A stretch of 55,214 nt of DNA. Origin: Candidatus Magasanikiibacteriota bacterium (lineage in GTDB: Bacteria; Patescibacteriota; Patescibacteriia; Magasanikbacterales; UBA922). Position 1 is the first letter of the stretch; each line of letters begins with the position of its first letter. The stretch spans positions 1-55,214 of the forward strand of contig PBBY01000007.1 in assembly GCA_002716765.1 (NCBI GenBank), written 5' to 3'. The translations under genes and the position numbers were made by a program. The notes below the pieces were generated by a model. It saw only the letters and a program-made list of their open reading frames with translations. It was not told the DNA's origin and did no database searches. Below, one piece after another: positions 48,270-55,214 of this stretch.

Positions 48270-49111
48270 TTATCGGCTGTTTAGGTAAAGGTGGGAGCGG
48301 GAAGTCAACTATTGCAACTCTGTTGACAAAATATTTGGTATCACAAGGTAAGTGTGTTCTTGCTATTGATGCTGACCACAACATGGACCTGAGTCATAAT
48401 CTTGGGGCACCTCTTGAAAAGATGTCATTTATTGGTTCTTCTTTACCTTCGCTGCTATCTTATGTTGGTTTATCTAAGGATGAAAAATATTATGAAATTT
48501 TTTCAAAAGAGGGTAAGGATCCGGTTTTTCATTTTTCTGGTGCACAAGACTTGTATACAAAGCATTATGCACACCCACTTTCAGCATCACTTTTTATTAT
48601 GACGGCTGGGCCACATACCGAAAACATTCTTCATGGAAAATATTGTAGCCACTCTCTTGCAACTCCACTTAAGGTGTACCTCCCTTTTTTGTCTTTGCAA
48701 AATGACAATTATGTTGTGGTCGATGAAAAAGCTGGGTCTGATGGGGCAGGAACCGGGGTCTGTACTGGTTTTGATGTTGGTTGTATTATGGTGGAACCAA
48801 CAGAGCATGGGGTAAAAGCGGCAAAACAAATTGCAGAATTACTAGATTTTTTTGGTACACCATATGTATTTGTAGGTAATAAAGTGATGGATGAAGAGGA
48901 TATGTGTTATATTACCAAAAATATTCCCTGTGCACCTGTGACATGTATTAGTCATGGAAAAATGGCACGCGGTGCGATTTTGGATCAATCAGTTTCTATA
49001 CATCTATCGCATATTATTGGAGCGTTTCGTGATTTGGATATTACATCTCGTAAGCGTCGTTCTAAGGAAAAATTTGAAAAAAACAAAAATCATACAGATG
49101 TATTGGTTTAA
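48266..49111 (+). CDS. CooC/MinD/ParA-class (SIMIBI) P-loop ATPase
   Basis: Deviant Walker A GKGGSGKSTIA; LAIDADHN; VVVDEKAGSDG; MVEPTEHGVKAAKQI; GNKV. CooC-like layout, but C-S-H where CooC has CxC. Confidence 0.7.
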   Translation: MIIGCLGKGGSGKSTIATLLTKYLVSQGKCVLAIDADHNMDLSHNLGAPLEKMSFIGSSLPSLLSYVGLSKDEKYYEIFSKEGKDPVFHFSGAQDLYTKHYAHPLSASLFIMTAGPHTENILHGKYCSHSLATPLKVYLPFLSLQNDNYVVVDEKAGSDGAGTGVCTGFDVGCIMVEPTEHGVKAAKQIAELLDFFGTPYVFVGNKVMDEEDMCYITKNIPCAPVTCISHGKMARGAILDQSVSIHLSHIIGAFRDLDITSRKRRSKEKFEKNKNHTDVLV

Positions 49112-49157
49112 AAATACATGACTGAATGAGTCTTTTTTGATTAAAAAAACTTGGGTT

Positions 49158-49188
49158 TTGACAAATACCCTTTTTTTTGTTTTAGTAT
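49158..49188 (+). promoter_or_regulatory. Promoter TTGACA-17/19-TTTAGTAT
   Basis: -35 at 49158-49163; -10 candidates at 49181-49188. Confidence 0.4.
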
Positions 49189-49220
49189 ATGCAGTTCTTT
49201 TTATTTTCTTGGAGGAAACA

Positions 49221-50609
49221 ATGGAAGATCCTATAATGCAATTACCACAAATCCAATCTAATGGATTACATAACATTTTTGTTGGGGTTGAAAATCCACG
49301 ACCAAAATTTATTAAATATGGTGTGCCCGGTGCTGCGGGATATGACATGTCACACGCTACTCGTCTTTCGGTAAGAGATTCATTTAAAAAGGTTGTACAA
49401 CGTCCTTCTTTTTGGTATATTCCAAGATCAGAAGATGTTGTACGTATTCTTACTGCTGCCCATCATGTACACTTGTCTCGTGTGAGGAAAGGCGAAAAAC
49501 GTGCGTCTGATCCTATAACTGTTATTACTGTGGGTGATGGGTATGGTGATATACCTGCGCTTATTCTTACAGCTGCAAGAAAAGAGGGTTTGCATGTTAC
49601 GTGTCAGGTTATAAGTACTCAGGCAACAACAAGACATATGCAAAAAGGATTGTATGGTGCTGTCAAAGGACTTTCTTTTTTTTCTGGGTCACAATTACAA
49701 ATGCTGTTACATGTTTGGGGCGGTCAGCCATATATTGTTTCGGAGATTTCTACGCTTGCTGATTGCATAATACAATCAAGAAACTCTTTGGTTAATTTAC
49801 ACAGATTGATTCAACTATATGTTGATAGCTATGTTGCAAGGAATATCTCATCTGTTGGTGTAAAAACGTATGCTCGTATTCTCAGAGAAGATTTTGGTGT
49901 ACAATTTCCATCTGACTTTGTGATTCGTTCCGGAACATTGTATCAAATGTTTCAAGAAGGGGTGCGGTTTACACAACACATGCCATTGCTCGATTTTATG
50001 AGTAAAAAATATTCAGAAATGTGGAATAAAGGGTTTGTTCGTATAGAGGAGCTTTTGGTTAGTTCTTGCAAGTACGGTGCAGATATGGTCTTACAAACAA
50101 TTCCTTCTTTAGATTGTGCTGTTTCTGTGTTCGTACGACTAGTTCGTGCTGGTATTGTGGGCTACATTTTTGATTGTCGTACACAAAAGGATGTGGATAA
50201 GAGTGTGCCATCTACTAAGAACGTCTCATTTGATCTTATAAAAGATACTGCTATTGGAGAACGGTATATGCCATTTTGTGCATGGAGAGCAGTTTCAACT
50301 TCCGAACTAACCGGTCTTCGTGCGTGTGATGGCGATATTTTTGCAGTGTTCCCGCCTTCTGGTTATGGTCATGAACTATCAAAAAAACAAGATGGTGAAC
50401 ATTCGAATCCGGTATTTTTATTAAATGGGTGTGTTGATCTTTTGGATAGTGGTGCTATGTATCGAGAGGTTGGCAGCGTGAAAAGTTTTGGCATGTTTGG
50501 GTGGGAAAAATCACCCACACTTAAGGGTGTACCTTCTTCATGTGTTGTGTCATTGCAAGACCTGTCAGAATATTCAGTAAGAGATGTTAAAAGACTTTTG
50601 AATCCCTAA
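49221..50609 (+). CDS. Orphan protein D (462 aa), Cys/His-rich, possible Rossmann-like VITVGDGYGD segment
   Basis: Strong SD GGAGGA 5 nt before ATG 49221; no recognised family. Confidence 0.6.
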   Translation: MEDPIMQLPQIQSNGLHNIFVGVENPRPKFIKYGVPGAAGYDMSHATRLSVRDSFKKVVQRPSFWYIPRSEDVVRILTAAHHVHLSRVRKGEKRASDPITVITVGDGYGDIPALILTAARKEGLHVTCQVISTQATTRHMQKGLYGAVKGLSFFSGSQLQMLLHVWGGQPYIVSEISTLADCIIQSRNSLVNLHRLIQLYVDSYVARNISSVGVKTYARILREDFGVQFPSDFVIRSGTLYQMFQEGVRFTQHMPLLDFMSKKYSEMWNKGFVRIEELLVSSCKYGADMVLQTIPSLDCAVSVFVRLVRAGIVGYIFDCRTQKDVDKSVPSTKNVSFDLIKDTAIGERYMPFCAWRAVSTSELTGLRACDGDIFAVFPPSGYGHELSKKQDGEHSNPVFLLNGCVDLLDSGAMYREVGSVKSFGMFGWEKSPTLKGVPSSCVVSLQDLSEYSVRDVKRLLNP

Positions 50610-50649
50610 AGAGGGGTGGTGAAACTTATTAAGTTTCTCAGGGTAGACC

Positions 50650-50672
50650 AGAGGCGAGAGCCTCTTTTTTTA
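50650..50672 (+). terminator. Intrinsic terminator (preceded by a second hairpin at 50621-50637)
   Basis: AGAGGC-gaga-GCCTCT followed by T7. Confidence 0.65.
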
Positions 50673-50700
50673 TTTCTCAAAATTAGTTATACTATGAGCC

Positions 50701-51822
50701 ATGCATATGACACCTATAAAACAACACGTATTTCGGTTTTTATATAAGTATATTGGTAAACCAATATTTTTTCGATTTGATCCAGAAGTGACACATGATA
50801 TGGTGTTATGGTTTGGGAGAATACTGGGGAAATATCCACTACTCCAAAAATGCACACAGTGGTGTTTTGGTTATCGTAATCCAATGCTTTCACAGCAGCT
50901 GGCTGGTATTCACTTTCCCAATCCTGTTGGTATTGCAGCTGGTTTTGATAAAAATGCACAACTTATGAGTATATTACCAGAGGTTGGTTTTGGGTTCGAA
51001 GAAATTGGTTCGGTAACAGGTAAACCATGTGCAGGAAACGCAAAACCACGACTGTGGCGACTTAAAAAGTCACAGTCATTGTTGGTATATTATGGATTAA
51101 AAAATGATGGGTGTGAAGTGATAAAAACACGAGTTGCTGGTAAATCATTCCGATTTCCTATTGGTATAAGTATTGCAAAAACAAATAATACAGAAACGGT
51201 TGACGTACAAAAGGGGATTGCCGACTATGTACAGTCGTACCAAACACTTGCAACTTATGCCGACTATATTGCTATTAATATTAGTTGTCCAAATTCATTT
51301 GGTGGCTTGGCGTTTACCGATGCGCATCTTTTGGATCAATTACTTGCTGAAATAGAAAAAGAGTCGGTAAAAAAACCAGTATTTTTAAAACTTTCCCCAG
51401 ACTTACAAGAAAAAGATATAGATGCTATTCTTTTGGTGTGTAAAAAATATACCATTACCGGATTTATTTGCAGTAACCTTACCAAAGTACGAAAGAATGA
51501 AAAAATAGTAGATGTGGTGCCGTCAAAAAATGGGGGAATCAGTGGTAAAGTAGTGAGTGACTTGTCAAATTCATGTATAAAATATATCTACAAAAAAACA
51601 CAGGGAACATATATTATTGTTGGTTGTGGTGGAATTACCACCGCTCACGATGCCTACGAAAAAATAAAAGCAGGAGCCTCGCTTGTGCAACTTCTTACTG
51701 GAATGATTTTTGAAGGACCGCAAGTTATAGGAGAAATAAACAAGGGTTTGGTTGAATTAATTAAAAAAGATGGATACAAAAATATTTCAGAGGCGGTTGG
51801 GGTTGCTGTGGGTGTGGAGTAG
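50701..51822 (+). CDS. pyrD: Dihydroorotate dehydrogenase, class 2 (quinone-type) architecture
   Basis: N-terminal extension, NPVGIAAGFDKNA, GGISGK. TATACT (50688-50693) lies 7 nt before the ATG. Confidence 0.85.
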   Translation: MHMTPIKQHVFRFLYKYIGKPIFFRFDPEVTHDMVLWFGRILGKYPLLQKCTQWCFGYRNPMLSQQLAGIHFPNPVGIAAGFDKNAQLMSILPEVGFGFEEIGSVTGKPCAGNAKPRLWRLKKSQSLLVYYGLKNDGCEVIKTRVAGKSFRFPIGISIAKTNNTETVDVQKGIADYVQSYQTLATYADYIAINISCPNSFGGLAFTDAHLLDQLLAEIEKESVKKPVFLKLSPDLQEKDIDAILLVCKKYTITGFICSNLTKVRKNEKIVDVVPSKNGGISGKVVSDLSNSCIKYIYKKTQGTYIIVGCGGITTAHDAYEKIKAGASLVQLLTGMIFEGPQVIGEINKGLVELIKKDGYKNISEAVGVAVGVE

Positions 51823-51838
51823 TGGTCATAAAAAACTT

Positions 51839-51867
51839 TTGACGTCTATTCTATTTTTTTGTATAAT
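51839..51867 (+). promoter_or_regulatory. Consensus promoter TTGACG-17-TATAAT with no downstream ORF
   Basis: -35 at 51839-51844, -10 at 51862-51867. Confidence 0.55.
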
Positions 51868-51873
51868 TATTCT

Positions 51874-51968
51874 GTAGAGTATGACTCGTTCATATTCTGC
51901 GTTGAGGATCTAACTTCGGTTAGTTCCTTTAGAGAATAACACGATTTCGGTCGTGTTTTTCTTTTTTA
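51874..51968 (+). ncRNA. Candidate approximately 95-nt structured small RNA of unknown family
   Basis: TATTCT/AGAATA outer stem (51893-98/51933-38). GGATCTAAC-UUCG-GTTAGTTCC inner stem. Terminator ACACGA-tttcgg-TCGTGT plus T-run (51939-51968). Confidence 0.4.
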
Positions 51969-52118
51969 AAAGGTTTTTGATATTTGCTAGTAAGTGTGCA
52001 CACTTATTTAGAAAAAGCAAAAAAAAGCAAACTGCGTCCACATGAAACTGTTTGTAAACAGCACAAATAATCATATCATCTTCGAAAGTGAGGTGTCGTT
52101 TTGCATATAAAAAAACAA

Positions 52119-52146
52119 CAAAAAATCCTGCTTATGCAGGATTTTT
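52119..52146. terminator. Bidirectional terminator hairpin
   Basis: A-run, ATCCTGC-ttat-GCAGGAT, T-run. Confidence 0.6.
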
Positions 52147-52148
52147 AT

Positions 52149-52222
52149 TCGCTTGCAGTTCAATGGTAGAACAACCGGCTGTTAACCGGCAGGTTTCAGG
52201 TTCGAGTTCTAGCGAGGGGGCA
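52149..52222 (+). pseudogene. tRNA-Asn(GTT)-like sequence with non-pairing acceptor and weak T stem
   Basis: GTTC-AATGGTA-GAAC D arm, CCGG-CTGTTAA-CCGG anticodon arm and TTCGAGT T loop are present. TCGCTTG does not pair with CGAGGGG, and TCAGG/TCTAG pairs poorly. Confidence 0.4.
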
Positions 52223-52227
52223 GTGTT

Positions 52228-52539
52228 TTATAATGTGTATCTTTCTGTTATGTTTACCTTAAGTTTTGATAATATAGGATTTGGAATATGTTCTTCTACT
52301 CGTTTTATTGTCGCATCAGGTAGGATGCTGTGAAGATATTCAACAATAAGCGAGGAGTCTTCTTTTGAAGGGATAGCAAATCGTACAGATTTTTCTTTGT
52401 CATGTGTGTTTTCTACCAAGACATTTCTTTCCTTCTCAAGGCAGAGTTTTCGTATTCTCCCACGCAACATAACACCGCGTATCGGTGTTTCTTTTGTTTG
52501 GATTTCATAAATGTCCCAATGAATAAGTTTACTTGTCAT
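52228..52539 (-). CDS. Small hypothetical protein (103 aa)
   Basis: ORF only; weak acylphosphatase-like beta-alpha-beta pattern, not trusted. Confidence 0.4.
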   Translation of the reverse strand: MTSKLIHWDIYEIQTKETPIRGVMLRGRIRKLCLEKERNVLVENTHDKEKSVRFAIPSKEDSSLIVEYLHSILPDATIKRVEEHIPNPILSKLKVNITERYTL

Positions 52540-52643
52540 ACGTGTCTGAAAAAAATAATAATCTATTGTGTTGAATACAGTAGATATTTGTAGTATAACC
52601 CCTTTTGGTGGGGTGTGTAAATGGTATAATTTTCTAGAATAAT

Positions 52644-52667
52644 AAAACCACCAATAAGATTTGGTGG
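52644..52667 (-). terminator. Intrinsic terminator of the GH1-like gene
   Basis: CCACCAA-N6-TTGGTGG; T-run on the minus strand. Confidence 0.6.
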
Positions 52668-52677
52668 CTCTCGGAAG

Positions 52678-54045
52678 CTACAAAGAATCAATATGATTTA
52701 GAAGTACATTTCCCCAGGGTGTAAGTACACAGGGTGTGTTAGTGTCGCAACCATTAAGAATATGAAAAAACCATTCGCCAGAGCTAAATTCTGCGCTTTC
52801 AAAAAGGGTGTGAATACCAATATACTTTTCAAAATTTACTGCCGTTTCTTTTTGTACTACGTTACTATAATCAAAAAGCCACTCTTGCGCTTTTTGTGTG
52901 TTTCCAGAAGATAGGCCAACCTCTGCAATTGTTATGGTGGTTAGTGGGTATTTATCAAGGGCCAACTTCACCGTTTTTGAAAAATACTCAGGATTGGGAG
53001 AAAAGTCCATTACAGGAAGTGGCATAATAATACTTCTGGAAGGTGTTGGCTTAAGCGTTATTGACTCGGTGCTATTTTTTATTGTGCCGTAGTAGGTTAT
53101 GCCAAGAGTAAATGGCGCTGTTTGTAAAAAACTACTGGTACAGTCTCCAGAAAACACGGTATCGATGCAGTTGTGTAATAATGCATCAAGTATCCACCAA
53201 TTAAATATATAATCAAGGATTGGGTCAAGTGTTTCCTCTTTTTTATTTATACGTATATTTTTTGCAATAGCCGGTTCCCACTGCGCTTGTTGAATTAATA
53301 AACCCGCTTCGTGCAATGTGTCTCGCATGGTAATCATTGCTGTGTAAAATCCAGAAACTGCTCGTTTACCTCCTGGGGGCCAGTTTCCATTTCCAAGATA
53401 ACTATTAAACAGCATAGAAACAGGTTCGTTTATAAGGTATACACGAGTTCCTGCTGGAAGAATTGGAGTAAACAATCGAATAACATCGTGAACATATGCA
53501 AGAAACACACTTTTTGCTTCTGGGTGCGCCCAACCAGAAGATGCAATGCTGGTACCACCTGTTTTATGGAGTATTCCTGGATAACTATCATGATGGGAAA
53601 GGGTGATCTCTATTATAAAGCCGGCGAGTCGTAGCTTTTCTATGGCAAGTGCCATATCCTTTCTCCAAACACTGTTCACAAAACAAGGCCAAGAAAGCGA
53701 GATTCGGATGGTTGGAATATGTGGACCAATGGTAGTGAATGCCGTTTTTGCCGCAGAAGAAAAGGCGGTCAAAGAGGAAAAGCGTTTTACATAATTGGTT
53801 TGAAGTGGCACAATATGACCATTTTCTTTTTGGTGTAATTGTTCAAAGAGCTTGCTCCACCCACTTGGGCATGTGGAAGAGGAGCTACTTTCTGTTACCA
53901 ATTGGTTTGTTGAAGAAACCACTCCCCAAGAAACAGATTGTGGAAAATGGGAATTTGTATTTTGTTCTTGTGTTGAGTTGTTGTTGCAAGTTGAGCAAAA
54001 AAAACCAAAAACAAAAAAATAGGTGAATCGCAATATATATTTCAA
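52678..54045 (-). CDS. Clan GH-A (GH1-like) glycoside hydrolase with signal/lipoprotein-like N-terminus
   Basis: ITLSHHDSYPGIL...GGxxxSSGW...YLINEP (acid/base NEP) and ITIAEVG at the nucleophile position. TTG start at 54045, 6 nt after AAAGGAGGGG. Confidence 0.6.
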   Translation of the reverse strand: MKYILRFTYFFVFGFFCSTCNNNSTQEQNTNSHFPQSVSWGVVSSTNQLVTESSSSSTCPSGWSKLFEQLHQKENGHIVPLQTNYVKRFSSLTAFSSAAKTAFTTIGPHIPTIRISLSWPCFVNSVWRKDMALAIEKLRLAGFIIEITLSHHDSYPGILHKTGGTSIASSGWAHPEAKSVFLAYVHDVIRLFTPILPAGTRVYLINEPVSMLFNSYLGNGNWPPGGKRAVSGFYTAMITMRDTLHEAGLLIQQAQWEPAIAKNIRINKKEETLDPILDYIFNWWILDALLHNCIDTVFSGDCTSSFLQTAPFTLGITYYGTIKNSTESITLKPTPSRSIIMPLPVMDFSPNPEYFSKTVKLALDKYPLTTITIAEVGLSSGNTQKAQEWLFDYSNVVQKETAVNFEKYIGIHTLFESAEFSSGEWFFHILNGCDTNTPCVLTPWGNVLLNHIDSL

Positions 54046-54232
54046 AACCAAACCCCTCCTTTGGAATCTGTGAATACGTTGGTAATAATAGTATTGTACG
54101 CTACTTTGCAAAAAAATACAAAAGGGTAAAAAATCATCCACAACCTATTTTGGATTTTTTGTCAAAAAGTTATTCACAGATCCTTTTTATTATAGTATAC
54201 TAAATGCAGAACAAATGTATCATAATTATATT

Positions 54233-54631
54233 ATGGCAAAAAAATCACCCTATACAGTATTAATTGCAGAAGACGAAAATAATCTACAGAATATTTTGTG
54301 CACCAAATTTACCGAAGAGGGGTTTGCTGTTATTACTGCTGTAGATGGACAAGAAACACTAGATTTAGCAATAGAGCATCATCCAGATATTATTATTTTA
54401 GATCTATTAATGCCAAAAGTAGACGGTCGAGTAGTGCTTCGTAAACTTCGATCAGATATGTGGGGAAAATCTGTGCCTGTTATTGTATATACCAATGTTT
54501 CCGAAACAGAAGGTGTTGATGAAATTTTTCGTAATAAAGCATATGATTACATGATAAAAGCAAATCACAGTTTAGAAGATGTAGTAACACGAGTCCGCCA
54601 AAGGCTTGCTATGCAGGGAGGAATCGCATAA
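54233..54631 (+). CDS. Stand-alone response-regulator receiver domain (CheY-like)
   Basis: VLIAEDENN, DIIILDLLMPKVDG, KA...K pattern; no output domain. Confidence 0.8.
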   Translation: MAKKSPYTVLIAEDENNLQNILCTKFTEEGFAVITAVDGQETLDLAIEHHPDIIILDLLMPKVDGRVVLRKLRSDMWGKSVPVIVYTNVSETEGVDEIFRNKAYDYMIKANHSLEDVVTRVRQRLAMQGGIA

Positions 54632-54809
54632 GGTAAGGAGTTACATACAATTAAAAATTTCAAGGGGTGGGGTTAAACCATTTTATATCAGCTGGGCAAT
54701 ATTGGTTACTAAAAAAAGCATTTTCTTTTTGACCTTGCTTTTTTTGTTATATTGGTGTAAAATGGGTTTACCACGTATTTTGTGAATTAGTCTAAGTAGT
54801 TTTATTATT

Positions 54810-55214
54810 ATGAAGTTCAGACAGTATACATTTTTATCCAGACTCTTTCGGCATCTATGTTCCATGCCATTTATTTATGCCATGGTAATTCCTGTTATTA
54901 TTTTGGATATTTTTTTAGAAATATATCATAGAGTTGCATTTCCTTTGTATCATCTTAAGTATGTAAAGCGTTCTAGGTATATTGCAATAGATCGTCATAA
55001 ATTATCATATCTAAATATATTCGAAAAAATAAGCTGTATGTATTGTGGATATGTAAATGGCTTTCTGGCATATGCGGTTGCGGTTGCAGGAGAAACAGAA
55101 AAATATTGGTGTGGTATTCAACACAAGAAAAAGCCAGGTTTTATGCAACAGCCACACAGTAAAGATTTTTTACTGTATAGCGACAAAAAAGCATTTAAAG
55201 AATTTATAAAAAAA
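54810..55214 (+). CDS. Conserved-looking membrane protein with CxxC...WC motif, 3' end outside the window
   Basis: Hand translation MKFRQYTFLSRLFRHLCSMPFIYAMVIPVIILDIFLEIYHRVAFPLYHLKYVKRSRYIAIDRHKLSYLNIFEKISCMYCGYVNGFLAYAVAVAGETEKYWCGIQHKKKPGF...; open to the window end. Confidence 0.55.
   Translation, partial: MKFRQYTFLSRLFRHLCSMPFIYAMVIPVIILDIFLEIYHRVAFPLYHLKYVKRSRYIAIDRHKLSYLNIFEKISCMYCGYVNGFLAYAVAVAGETEKYWCGIQHKKKPGFMQQPHSKDFLLYSDKKAFKEFIKK

Noticed and set aside
46791-50680. Classical integrative island at tRNA-Trp
   Set aside because: No integrase or recombinase gene was seen, and no direct repeat of the tRNA-Trp 3' end was found by eye downstream. The locus is kept as an orphan cluster, not called a mobile element.
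52088-52333. 81-aa plus-strand ORF
   Set aside because: It spans a terminator hairpin and the tRNA-like element and runs antisense into the 52228-52539 gene.
52228-52539. Acylphosphatase assignment for the 103-aa minus-strand protein
   Set aside because: Only the spacing of hydrophobic and Gly residues is loosely similar. The VxGxVQGVxFR signature is absent. Left as hypothetical.

Overview
This is an AT-rich, tightly packed bacterial chromosome segment. The core is str operon genes plus the S10-spc ribosomal cluster (rpsL-rpsG-fusA ... tuf-rpsJ-rplC ... rplO-secY-adk-map). Around it sit housekeeping genes: rnc, nusB, rpmF, a FemAB/NUDIX/PAP2/MltG wall cluster, malic enzyme, queA/tgt, uvrD, ndk, trmD, ruvX, recO, rpmG, ribBA, pyrD, and tRNA-Lys and tRNA-Trp. 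Several traits fit a Candidate Phyla Radiation / Patescibacteria-type genome (inference): no L30 gene between rpsE and rplO; a lone 16S rRNA gene wedged between fusA/trmD and tuf with its own promoter and terminator and no 23S/5S; substitutions in universal 16S primer sites; K/E-rich tails on several r-proteins; almost no Shine-Dalgarno motifs before core genes. No CRISPR array, transposase, integrase or prophage genes were seen. The loci that look accessory or undescribed are: (1) a tRNA-Trp-adjacent cluster of two orphan proteins flanking a DUF1360-like membrane protein coupled to a CooC/MinD-type ATPase (46.8-50.7 kb). (2) A predicted deacylase plus a divergent GspS/YgiC-like amidoligase behind a long leader with competing antiterminator/terminator helices (9.47-12.1 kb). 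(3) Two orphan genes, one very basic and one acidic, inserted between adk and map (40.2-42.3 kb). (4) A split PQQ-type sugar dehydrogenase next to an amicyanin-like cupredoxin lipoprotein (16.4-18.1 kb). Cross-cutting signals are perfect DnaA-box 9-mers placed at promoters, a strong-SD versus no-SD/leaderless gene dichotomy, sORF-plus-hairpin leaders in r-protein operons, a candidate orphan sRNA and a degenerate tRNA-Asn-like element. All coordinates were derived by hand and all functions come from motif recognition, not database searches.
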